From an uncultured Mucilaginibacter sp. (lineage in GTDB: Bacteria; Bacteroidota; Bacteroidia; Sphingobacteriales; Sphingobacteriaceae): a DNA stretch of 64,000 bases. Shown here piece after piece: positions 40,043 to 49,367 of the stretch; the stretch's first letter is position 1; every line of letters starts with the position of its first letter. The stretch lies in assembly GCA_964611565.1 (NCBI GenBank), contig CAZTAU010000012.1:25000-88999 (forward strand), in the 5' to 3' direction. Both the position numbers and the translations under genes were made by a program. The notes under the pieces are model-generated. The model saw only the letters and a list, made by a program, of their open reading frames with translations. It made no database searches and was not told the origin of the DNA.

Positions 40043-43000
40043 ATGTCTGTATCTAAGCATTCGTCTAATAAAAAAACCAGCACCTGCAGTTACTGCGGGG
40101 TTGGTTGTGGTGTGCTTATCGGTAAGGATAAAAATGATACCATTACCCTTGAGGGTGATAAGGACCACCCGGTAAATAAAGGGATGCTTTGCAGTAAAGG
40201 CATGAATCTGCATTATACCGTTAATGATAAAAGCGACAGGCTGCTGTACCCGCAAATGCGGTATAACAAAAGCATGCCTATGCAGCGTGTGGGGTGGGAC
40301 GAAGCTTTAGACCGAGCTGCTGCGGTCTTTAAAACTTTCATTAATAAATACGGCCCCGACTCGGTGGCTTTTTATGCTTCGGGGCAATGCTTAACCGAAG
40401 AGTATTATGTAATTAATAAGCTGATTAAAGGATTTATCGGCAGCAATAATATTGATACCAATTCGCGCTTGTGTATGAGCAGCGCGGTGGTAGGCTATAA
40501 AATGTCGTTAGGCGAGGATAGTGTACCTGGTTGCTATGATGATATTGAACTGGCAGATTGCTTTTATGTTACCGGTGCTAACCCGGCCTGGTGCCACCCC
40601 ATTTTGTGGCGCAGGGTGGAGGCGCATAAAGCCGCTAACCCAAACATTAAAATCATAATAGTTGACCCACGGGTTACGGACAGCTGCTCAATAGCTGACC
40701 TGCACCTGCAATTAAATCCCGGAACTGATATTACTTTGAACCATGCTATTGGCCGTGTGCTGATAGAGAATGGCGATATTGACCTTGATTTTGTGACCAA
40801 CCATGCCGAAGGCTTTGATGCTTACAGCAAATTGGTTTTTGAAAAGACATTAAAAGAGTCAGCAAATATTTGCGGCGTAAGCGAAGCAGATATCCGCCTG
40901 GCGGCAAAATATATTGGCGAAGCTAAAGGGTTCATATCGATGTGGACGATGGGGCTTAACCAAAGCAGCATCGGCGTAAACAAAAACCTGAGCCTGATCA
41001 ACCTGAATTTAATAACCGGGCATATTGGCAAGCCGGGTTCGGGCCCATTCTCATTAACGGGTCAGCCAAACGCGATGGGTGGCCGTGAAGTAGGGGGCTT
41101 ATCAAACCTTTTACCGGCTCACCGTAATTTAGCTAACTCGGATCATCGTGCCGAGGTTGAAAAATTTTGGGGCGGAACAACCATCAACCCAAAACCGGGA
41201 TTAACCGCTACCGAAATGTTTGAGGCGTTGAATGATGGCAGGTTAAAAGCCATTTGGATATTATGCACCAACCCGGTAACCAGTTTGCCAAATTCGAGGC
41301 TGGTTGAGGAAGGCTTAAAGAAAGCCAAATTTGTAGTTGTACAGGAAATAAGCAACAAGCCGGAAACCATCCCTTATGCCGATGTAATATTACCTGCCGC
41401 CGGATGGGCCGAAAAGGAAGGCACCATGACTAATTCAGAGCGCCGCATTAGCTACCTGAATAAAATAATTGACCCTCCCGGCGAGGCTTTGCCTGATGCC
41501 GAAATTATTTGTCGCTTTGCGCAAAAAATGGGTTATAAAGGCTTTGATTTTACAAGCTCTGCCGAAATATATGCCGAGCATGCTAAATTAACCGCAAAAA
41601 CCAATATCGACATCAGCGGCTTAAACTATGAGGTACTTAAAGAATTAAAAACCGTACAATGGCCCTATAAAAAACGTGGCCCCGTAAAAGGTACCCCACG
41701 TTTATTTACTGATAAGCAATTTTATACGCCATCGCAAAAAGCCATTATTAGTCCGGTTGCTGATACGCTGACCAGCGAACTGCCGAGTAAAGATTTTCCG
41801 TTCATATTAACCACGGGCCGCATTCGCGACCATTGGCATACCATGAGCAAAACAGGTAAGGTTAATAAGCTTAACCAGCACATTAAAGAATCGTTTTTAG
41901 AGATACACCCTGAAGATGCGATCGGCCTGAACTTGAATGAGGGTGATCTGGCAGTAATAGCATCACGCAGAGGCGATGTAAGGGTGAAAGCTAAAATATC
42001 TGACACCATAAAAAAAGGCGTAGTGTTTTTGCCTATGCATTGGAGCAAGATATTAAACAATGATCTGAACCGTGCTAATAATGTGACCAGCGATAGGATA
42101 GACCCACTATCAAAAGAGCCCGATTTTAAATTTTGCGCGGTTAATGTAGTGAAATATAAAAAACCGGCTCAGCGTGTGGTGGTGGTAGGTGCAGGTGCGG
42201 GTGCATTTGGCTTTGTAAAAAGCTACCGCGAGTTAAATAAGGACGATGAGATCATCATCTTCAGTAAAGAAAACTACCCGTTCTACAACCGTGTTATGCT
42301 GCCCGACTACATTAGCGGCGAGCAAAAATGGGAGCAGTTAGTTAAAATGACCGACGAAGAAGAACCGGAATATAACATCAAAATGTATCGTGGCGTAACG
42401 GTTGATAAAATTGACCGCGAAAATAAATTCGTTATCGATTCAAGGGGCATAAAAACCACTTACGATGTGTTGCTGATGGCTACCGGCAGCCGGGCATCAG
42501 TACCTAAAAATGTTCCTGCATTGCCGGGCATATTTACGATGCGTAACCGTACCGATGCCGATAACTTTAAAAAGCATATTTCGCCAAACGGCCACGTAGT
42601 TATTGTGGGCGGTGGTTTACTGGGTTTAGAAATGGCTGCATCGCTTAGGGAGATAGGTATTAAAATAACTATTGTACAACGTGTATCGCGCTTTTTAAAC
42701 CGCCAGTTGGATGAGTTGGGAAGCCGCTTACTACATGAAGAAATGGTTGACCAGGGTTGCGATATTTATTATGATGACGAGGTGCAGTTGTTTTATGGCC
42801 GCTCAAAACTAACCGGAGTGGGTTTAAAGAGCGGTAGAAAAATAAACTGCGATGCGATGATACTGGCCATTGGTACCACACCAAACCTGGAGATAGCCCG
42901 CGATTGCGGATTGGTATGTAAACGTGGCGTTATTGTAAACGAGCGTATGCAAACCAGCGACCCGGATATTTTCGCTATTGGTGAGATAGCCGAATTTAAA

Positions 43001-43567
43001 GGCACCTTATACGGCATAACTGCTGCCGCCGAACAACAAGCCGAGGTAATGGCCCGCTATATAAGCGGCGATATTGCCAGCTACTACAAAGGCAGCCTGT
43101 TTATGAATATCATTAAAATTCATGGGTTTGATCTGTGCAGTATTGGCTTGTCCGAAAGTCCGGAGGATATAAATTATGAAGAGATAGTTTTTATAGATAA
43201 AGCCAAACGTTATTATAAAAAATGTATCATTCACCAGGACAGGTTAGTAGGTACTATTTTAATTGGTGATAAAAGCGAGTTTCAGGAGTTTAGGGAACTT
43301 ATAGCCAACAAAACCGAGTTAAGCGAAAAACGCCTGTCATTATTACGAAGCGGTAAACAAGCCGAACCTGTGTTAGGCAAGCTGGTATGTAGCTGTAATA
43401 ATGTAGGTGCCGATAATATCCGCAAAAAAGTAGCCGAGGGTTGTACAACACTAAATGATTTGTGCAATACTACCGGGGCCGGTACCGGATGCGGTTCATG
43501 CAAACCCGAGGTTAAACGTCTGTTAGATGAAGCTTTAACAAAGGCATTATTAGAAAAGGTTAATTAG
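40043..43567 (+). CDS. Assimilatory nitrate reductase (Mo-bisPGD) fused to NADH:FAD oxidoreductase and BFD domains
   Basis: CSYCGVGC..C, NSRLCMSSA, TGQPNAMGGRE, TGRIRDHWHTM; then VVGAGAGA, GGGLLGLE and CSC..GAGTGCGSC. Confidence 0.93.
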   Translation: MSVSKHSSNKKTSTCSYCGVGCGVLIGKDKNDTITLEGDKDHPVNKGMLCSKGMNLHYTVNDKSDRLLYPQMRYNKSMPMQRVGWDEALDRAAAVFKTFINKYGPDSVAFYASGQCLTEEYYVINKLIKGFIGSNNIDTNSRLCMSSAVVGYKMSLGEDSVPGCYDDIELADCFYVTGANPAWCHPILWRRVEAHKAANPNIKIIIVDPRVTDSCSIADLHLQLNPGTDITLNHAIGRVLIENGDIDLDFVTNHAEGFDAYSKLVFEKTLKESANICGVSEADIRLAAKYIGEAKGFISMWTMGLNQSSIGVNKNLSLINLNLITGHIGKPGSGPFSLTGQPNAMGGREVGGLSNLLPAHRNLANSDHRAEVEKFWGGTTINPKPGLTATEMFEALNDGRLKAIWILCTNPVTSLPNSRLVEEGLKKAKFVVVQEISNKPETIPYADVILPAAGWAEKEGTMTNSERRISYLNKIIDPPGEALPDAEIICRFAQKMGYKGFDFTSSAEIYAEHAKLTAKTNIDISGLNYEVLKELKTVQWPYKKRGPVKGTPRLFTDKQFYTPSQKAIISPVADTLTSELPSKDFPFILTTGRIRDHWHTMSKTGKVNKLNQHIKESFLEIHPEDAIGLNLNEGDLAVIASRRGDVRVKAKISDTIKKGVVFLPMHWSKILNNDLNRANNVTSDRIDPLSKEPDFKFCAVNVVKYKKPAQRVVVVGAGAGAFGFVKSYRELNKDDEIIIFSKENYPFYNRVMLPDYISGEQKWEQLVKMTDEEEPEYNIKMYRGVTVDKIDRENKFVIDSRGIKTTYDVLLMATGSRASVPKNVPALPGIFTMRNRTDADNFKKHISPNGHVVIVGGGLLGLEMAASLREIGIKITIVQRVSRFLNRQLDELGSRLLHEEMVDQGCDIYYDDEVQLFYGRSKLTGVGLKSGRKINCDAMILAIGTTPNLEIARDCGLVCKRGVIVNERMQTSDPDIFAIGEIAEFKGTLYGITAAAEQQAEVMARYISGDIASYYKGSLFMNIIKIHGFDLCSIGLSESPEDINYEEIVFIDKAKRYYKKCIIHQDRLVGTILIGDKSEFQEFRELIANKTELSEKRLSLLRSGKQAEPVLGKLVCSCNNVGADNIRKKVAEGCTTLNDLCNTTGAGTGCGSCKPEVKRLLDEALTKALLEKVN

Positions 43568-43574
43568 GGAAGTT

Positions 43575-45026
43575 ATGGAAAAGAGCCAACATCTGATCAA
43601 AATTAATTTACCCGGCGGCGTAATATCCGCGGGTGATCTGTACGAGATATTGATCATTGCTGAGAAAGCTGAGGCTAAACACATTCGTTTGGGTAATCGC
43701 CAGCAAATGTATTTTACCATTGGGGCTAAATTTTTGGAGGACCTTGAAAATGATATGCTAAGCGCCGAGATAGCGTATGAGTTGGACGCAGATAATTACC
43801 CCAACATATTAAGCTCATACGTTACCGATACTGTTTTTAATTATGAGAACTGGGTAAAAGAGGGTGTTTACAAAGATGTGTTTGACAAGTTTAACCACAA
43901 GCCAACGCTTAAAATAAACGTGGTAGATAGTAACCAAACATTCGCCCCGTTTTTTACCGGTAACTTGAATTTTATTTCTTCGGATATCAGTAACTACTGG
44001 TACTTATACATCCGTTTCCCTAAAACCAATATTTTATATAACTGGCCAACGCTGGTTTATACCGATGATATTGGCGGCATTAGTAAAGCCATTGAGGATA
44101 CCATATTTACCAACAAGGAGTTTTTTTACGATCAGCCAAAAATTAACTCAGCGTTTTTACATAAGCTGGTTACCAGCAAAGGCAATTTTGTAATGCAGCC
44201 TATTGTACAGCCACTAAAGGTGCCCGAATTTCAATTACCCTATTACGAAGGCTTTAACCGTTATGGCAACAAGCAGTGGCTGGGTATTTACCGCCGGGAT
44301 GAATTATTCGCGGTCGACTTTTTAAAAGACATTTGTGCGCTATGTATGCAAACCCGTGTAGGGCAACTGTACACTACGCCATGGAAATCATTATTGATAA
44401 AAGGTATTGAGCATACAGATAGGGACCATTGGGGAATTATCCTGAACAAATACCGCATTAACGTACGCCATGCGGCCAACGAATTGAACTGGCAGATAGA
44501 AGATGCCTGCGATTATTGCCTTGACCTGAAAAAACAATTGGTGCGTGATTTTGAAGATGCCGATTTGCGTACGTACCGGTTATCGTTCGCTATAAAAAAA
44601 CAACCTAAAACAGGCTTGTGCGGTTCCATAGTTTTAAAAAAGCAGGACGGGGAGTTTTTTGAAATACTACATACGCGCGATTTTAACCCTAACTCTAAAG
44701 ATTATATTGTATACCGCCAGGATATTGCTAAAAGCGATCTAAGCAAACACCTGATAGAACTTTGCAACTGGTTTTATAGCCAAAAAAGCAATGTAACTAT
44801 CGCCAGTGCCGATGAGCCGGAAGTAGCTGAACAAACTATTGCCACGCACGAGGTACATCAATGCAAAAACTGCCTGGGTATTTATGATGAGGTTTATGGC
44901 GATGACTTTAACGACATTGCCCCGGGCACACCATTTGAAAACTTAACCGAATACTGCTGCCCAACTTGCGATTCGCCGAAGGAGGATTTTGTGAAGGTGA
45001 ATTTGGCTAAAGCCATTCCTGCCTAA
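43575..45026 (+). CDS. Rubredoxin-domain protein with nitrite/sulfite-reductase-like half domains
   Basis: INLPGGVISAGDL..I ferredoxin-like N-terminus; C-terminal CKNCLGIYD...CPTC rubredoxin. Confidence 0.8.
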   Translation: MEKSQHLIKINLPGGVISAGDLYEILIIAEKAEAKHIRLGNRQQMYFTIGAKFLEDLENDMLSAEIAYELDADNYPNILSSYVTDTVFNYENWVKEGVYKDVFDKFNHKPTLKINVVDSNQTFAPFFTGNLNFISSDISNYWYLYIRFPKTNILYNWPTLVYTDDIGGISKAIEDTIFTNKEFFYDQPKINSAFLHKLVTSKGNFVMQPIVQPLKVPEFQLPYYEGFNRYGNKQWLGIYRRDELFAVDFLKDICALCMQTRVGQLYTTPWKSLLIKGIEHTDRDHWGIILNKYRINVRHAANELNWQIEDACDYCLDLKKQLVRDFEDADLRTYRLSFAIKKQPKTGLCGSIVLKKQDGEFFEILHTRDFNPNSKDYIVYRQDIAKSDLSKHLIELCNWFYSQKSNVTIASADEPEVAEQTIATHEVHQCKNCLGIYDEVYGDDFNDIAPGTPFENLTEYCCPTCDSPKEDFVKVNLAKAIPA

Positions 45027-45100
45027 ATACTAACCGTTTGGCTTTAGCCAACGGGAATGATACCAATACTGCAGTCACTCGACTGGAGCTGAGCGACTGC
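45004..45100. repeat. Cluster of REP-like palindromes
   Basis: TGGCTAAAGCCA (45004-45015), CCGTTTGGCTTTAGCCAACGG (45034-45054) and GCAGTCACTC-N10-GAGCGACTGC (45071-45100). Confidence 0.65.
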
Positions 45101-45128
45101 GTGGAACCGGAGGTAAGGGTAAATAGCG

Positions 45129-46297
45129 TCAGTTAAGATTAGCTTTTATCAGGTTTTCAATCATTGCGTGATTAAAACTATCGTGCGAGTATAACACCTT
45201 ACCTGTACCATCAATTAAACAACCGTTGGGTAACCGTAGATCCCTAAGCTTTTTGCAAAGGCGGCTCCGTTGTACAGCACCTTATAATTAGGTTTTTCAC
45301 GCTTGTAAAAAGATTCTATTTCCTGCTTTTTATCGTAAGCATTTATGCTAACCAGCTGAAATTTATCGCTGCCGTATTTGGCTTGCAATTGTTTAAGTAC
45401 CGGAAAAGATTCTATGCACCAGCCACAGTTATTTATCCAAAAATCAAGGAGTATTAATTTGCCCTTAATGCTGTTGCTTTGAAAAGCCGGGCTTTCTTTT
45501 GCATTATACTCGGGTAAACTCCAATCAAAAGGCATTAATGCGCCGGCTGCAATTAAAGGTTTGTGTATTTCCTTCTTCTCTGGTTTATATTCGTTTCGAT
45601 ATGTACTGTAAAACCAAGAATACTCTTCGGGTTTAACCGGATCTGTGTTTATATCAGTAAAGACGGTTCTGGTGTATCCATCCTTATCAATACTACTACT
45701 TTGCAATACCTGGTAAGGTAACCATGTAGCCGGATCAATAATTACCTTGTAGTAAACAGTTACATCTTTTGTAAAAGGCATCCAATCTAAGGCGTATGAA
45801 AGTGTTTTTTTTAACATGTCAAGCTGCACCAGCTTATAAGTTTTTCCCTCTATAAGAGTATCCCGCTGATGTTTGCCTATACTGTCATTAGTTGCGATTT
45901 GATTTGCCGCGTACCTTAGCGTTTGTAAAGAATTAAGAAAGAAGGAATGGTTTGAGAACAATTTTTGGGTGGCTTGCTCAGTTAAGGTATAAGTTTTACT
46001 CGCCTTGCTCAAGGCAAAAAACTCTGTACCGTTATAAATAGAAATGTTTTTATCTGATTCTATCCTAAATTTCGATACTGTCTGTTTATCATCATTATTA
46101 AAAAGCAAATAACATTTGCTTGTCACCGTATCATAAGAGTTGCTGATATTGATCTCACGCTTGTAATTGTATGTAATAGATTTTAAGGCTGCTAATTTAT
46201 TTGTCATCGCACTCCAGGCATCTGGCACCTGGCGGGTTTGGGCGTTTGCGGCGGTCATGAAGCCGAAGAAGAGTGAATATAATATGATTTTTTTCAT
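45129..46297 (-). pseudogene. TlpA family protein with a 1-nt frameshift near the 3' end (or a sequencing error)
   Basis: Signal peptide and DFWINNCGWC; the frame stops at YPTVV* (45215) but a shifted frame continues LIDGTGKVLYSHDSFNHAMIENLIKANLN* to 45129. Confidence 0.75.
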
Positions 46298-46344
46298 GAT
46301 GGTTTAGCTAGGTGAAAGTATGTTTTTCGTTCGAAAATAATTCG

Positions 46345-46393
46345 GTACGAATTTGTTCGTACAAACATATACGATAGGTTTCGTATATGCAAA
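46345..46393 (-). promoter_or_regulatory. Promoter overlapped by two TACGA-N6-TCGTA operators
   Basis: TTTG(46393-46390)-N20-TATGTTTG(46369-46362); palindromes at 46345-46362 and 46366-46389. Confidence 0.8.
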
Positions 46394-46419
46394 TAAATGT
46401 GAAATATTTTTCCGCGACT

Positions 46420-46588
46420 ATGAAGTACCTGTGCGAACTATTACCCGCAGATACCTTTATCCAGGTGAATAGATCATACCTGGTCAATAAAAGCTATATC
46501 GACGCGGTTCACGGTCTTCCTTAAAAATTGGCGAAGATAATATTCGGTGGGGGATAATTATAAAAGTAATTTGGAGGGTTTAGTTTAG
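46420..46588 (+). pseudogene. LytTR DNA-binding domain relic
   Basis: MKYLCELLPADTFIQVNRSYLVNKSYIDAVHG / SSLKIGEDNI / VGDNYKSNLEGLV* read across two 1-nt frameshifts; no receiver domain. Confidence 0.75.
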
Positions 46589-46687
46589 TGCATAAATCAT
46601 GGTTTACACTTTTTGGATCAAAAAAATTATAATTATTTGATAATCAAATCATTAATTAAAAAATAAGTCAAAATGTGTTAAGTTGTG

Positions 46688-47344
46688 TTAACCCACTTTA
46701 AACGAGTACCCTACCCACTTATCATGATGCGCAAAAGAGAGTGCTACATCCAATGGCTCGTCGCCTTTTAATACAATAGGATAGCCAATTTGGCTTTTAG
46801 TAATGTGCATGTTATCTGCATTTAAAATTGATCGTAGTTTGTTAAGTGTCAACTCCCTGACTGTGATGGATTGATGCTCACTATCAGCTTGGTCAATTGA
46901 TTGAATACCCCAATGCACATTGTCAAATTGCTCATCATCATTAACTGCTGATGTGATAAAATCAGCAGTTATATACGACCGAAAATATAGCTGAGTATCG
47001 CCGTAAGATACCGTTCCGGTTATATAATTGGTAGGTGTGCTGCTATCCCAATTACTGCCGTCAATAGCAGATAAATTAAAATCGGCAGGAATGTTTAAAC
47101 AGTCAACCTTAAATTTAATAGGAGAGAAAATCAAGTCCGCATCATGCCTTTGCAGGTATTTATAAGCCGATTCTTTAACCGACCATAGCAACCAAACAAA
47201 AACTTCAAAAGGTAATGATGGTGAGTGCTGATGATAAAGAGCCAGCTCGTTATCAGTAATAAATTTGGAGTAAAACCGAGCGTCGCGGGTACGTTGGATA
47301 TCAGTAGCATTTAAGGCTACAATATCGTTACCCGCGCTTTTCAC
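46688..47344 (-). CDS. 4'-phosphopantetheinyl transferase family protein
   Basis: GNDIV and WLLWSVKESAYK motifs; next to an ACP gene. Confidence 0.88.
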   Translation of the reverse strand: MKSAGNDIVALNATDIQRTRDARFYSKFITDNELALYHQHSPSLPFEVFVWLLWSVKESAYKYLQRHDADLIFSPIKFKVDCLNIPADFNLSAIDGSNWDSSTPTNYITGTVSYGDTQLYFRSYITADFITSAVNDDEQFDNVHWGIQSIDQADSEHQSITVRELTLNKLRSILNADNMHITKSQIGYPIVLKGDEPLDVALSFAHHDKWVGYSFKVG

Positions 47345-47598
47345 GCGGCCGGATTCAGTTTTTCGGCAATTACATCAATACAGTTGCCCACGTTATACAT
47401 CTTTTCCGCGGCATCAAAATCAATCTCAATATTATATTGCGATTCGGCATCAATAATAATATCAACCAAATTAGCCGAGTTTATCTTCAGATCTTTTATT
47501 AAGTCGGTATCTTCATTAATACTCTCTAAAATCGCTTTATCTTCCGTGTATGGGGCAAGTACTTTTTTCAGCTCATTTAATATAGCTATTCTATCCAT
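47341..47598 (-). CDS. Acyl carrier protein
   Basis: DLKINSANLVDII (NSA variant of the DSL motif). Confidence 0.88.
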   Translation of the reverse strand: MDRIAILNELKKVLAPYTEDKAILESINEDTDLIKDLKINSANLVDIIIDAESQYNIEIDFDAAEKMYNVGNCIDVIAEKLNPAA

Positions 47599-47600
47599 TG

Positions 47601-48872
47601 TTATGCGTCGTATTTTGAAATTATTAAACAGCTGTTAACATCACCAAAGCCAAAGTTAGCTTTTGCAATGGTATTTATCTCTCTGTCTACCTTTTTTGTT
47701 GGCAAATTGTTTGTGCCTATCATATCCACGATCTCCGGTATCGGATCTTCCAGGTTCAGATTAGCGTGCGCAAAGTTATATTTTAGTTGCAATACTGCGG
47801 CAACCATTTCAATTGAGCCTGCCGCGCTAAGCGAATGGCCCACCATTGACTTTAATGAATTAACCAATGGAAAATCATCACCTTCCCGGCCCAAAGCTGT
47901 TACCCAGTTTTGTATTTCCAATCTATCGGCAATAGTGGCGGTTAAATGCCCGCTTACCAGATCGATAGCATCCGGCGTAATTCCTGCATCGGTAATAGCA
48001 TCCTGTATACATCTAACCACACCCTCTGGTGCCGGTGCTGTCATGCTGCCACCATTACGCTGCCCGCCCGAGTTGGTTGATCCGCCCAACACTTCACCGT
48101 ATATTTTAGCACCACGTGCTAAAGCGTAATCAAGGTCTTCCAATATTAATGCTCCAGCACCAGATCCCGGTACAAAACCGCCTGCGCTGGCACTCATTGG
48201 CCGCGAAGCTTTTTCAGGCTCATCATTATATTTACGAGATAGTACCCGCATCGAGTCAAATCCGCCAAAAACATAGCGGTCAACAAACTCGCAGCTGCCT
48301 ACAACCATGCGTTTGGCCATGCCGTGTTTGATATATTCATAACCCATTAAAATGGATTGTGTACCAGTGGCACAAGCGGCAGAATTATTAATGATCTTAT
48401 TACCTAATCCCAATCTGCCAGAGATATATGCTGTAATGCCACTATTCATGATTTGCTCCACCACGCGCGAGCCTAATTTTTTTGACTCTTTCGCATCAAC
48501 ACGGGTAATGGCCATTTTTATTACATCGGTATCGGCAACGCTGCTGCCAAATACACATCCCGTATCCCAAAGTGTATCTTCGCCTGCTATTTCATTTCCT
48601 GCATCTACCCAGGCATCCAACGCGGCACGTATGCCAAATGCAATACCCTTGCCTTTTAAACCATATAAAGAGGTTTCGGTGATATAACCGCTTAGCTGCG
48701 CTATCTCAAACTCGGGAAAACCACCTACCTGGCAATTAAACTTTAGCTCCTCAAACTCCGGAACAAACCTAATACCCGATACGCCGTTTTGTATAGCGTT
48801 TAAAAAATCGGGCACACCAATTCCGTTGGGGGCAACTACGCCTAAGCCTGTAATTACAACACGGTTACCCAT
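47601..48872 (-). CDS. Beta-ketoacyl-ACP synthase (FabF-like)
   Basis: RVVITGLG, AACATG, SGHLTAT, GHSLSAAG and NFGFG. Confidence 0.92.
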   Translation of the reverse strand: MGNRVVITGLGVVAPNGIGVPDFLNAIQNGVSGIRFVPEFEELKFNCQVGGFPEFEIAQLSGYITETSLYGLKGKGIAFGIRAALDAWVDAGNEIAGEDTLWDTGCVFGSSVADTDVIKMAITRVDAKESKKLGSRVVEQIMNSGITAYISGRLGLGNKIINNSAACATGTQSILMGYEYIKHGMAKRMVVGSCEFVDRYVFGGFDSMRVLSRKYNDEPEKASRPMSASAGGFVPGSGAGALILEDLDYALARGAKIYGEVLGGSTNSGGQRNGGSMTAPAPEGVVRCIQDAITDAGITPDAIDLVSGHLTATIADRLEIQNWVTALGREGDDFPLVNSLKSMVGHSLSAAGSIEMVAAVLQLKYNFAHANLNLEDPIPEIVDMIGTNNLPTKKVDREINTIAKANFGFGDVNSCLIISKYDA

Positions 48873-49344
48873 TTGTTCCTTTCTCCATTAAAACAGCGTT
48901 TTTGATAACGCCTGCAAAAGTGCCTTTGGCTATTAATTCGCCTGCCGTATTGTGCATTTGTACCAAACATTTCAATTTACCGAACCTAAAATATTCTTTT
49001 TTTGAACTTACTATCACTTTTTCTTTAGGCAATACCATTTTAAAAAACTCCACATTGGTTGACGTTAGCAAGGGAAAAGATCCCTCATCCATTACCACAC
49101 CTTGTTGCTTGCCATCTGTCAGCATTAAATGTATCCCTAAAACAACCAAGCCTATTTGCGCCATTATTTCGGTGATTATTACCCCCGGTGTTACGGGGTT
49201 ACCCGGAAAATGGTCCTCGTAAAAGAATGAGTCTTTTTTAAGGGTATAATCGCCTGTAACGCCATTTTCACTTATTGCTGATATGTTATCAACAAATAGA
49301 AAAGACGATTTATAAGGTAAATAGTTTAAAATGTCATTGGTCAT
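48865..49344 (-). CDS. FabZ-like 3-hydroxyacyl-ACP dehydratase
   Basis: LPYKSSFLFVD and HFPGNPVTPGVIITEIMAQ. Confidence 0.9.
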   Translation of the reverse strand: MTNDILNYLPYKSSFLFVDNISAISENGVTGDYTLKKDSFFYEDHFPGNPVTPGVIITEIMAQIGLVVLGIHLMLTDGKQQGVVMDEGSFPLLTSTNVEFFKMVLPKEKVIVSSKKEYFRFGKLKCLVQMHNTAGELIAKGTFAGVIKNAVLMEKGTNG

Positions 49345-49367
49345 TAGTCATTAGTCATTAGTCATTG
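49333..49367. repeat. Tandem heptamer array (GTCATTR x5)
   Basis: GTCATTG GTCATTA GTCATTA GTCATTA GTCATTG. Confidence 0.95.
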
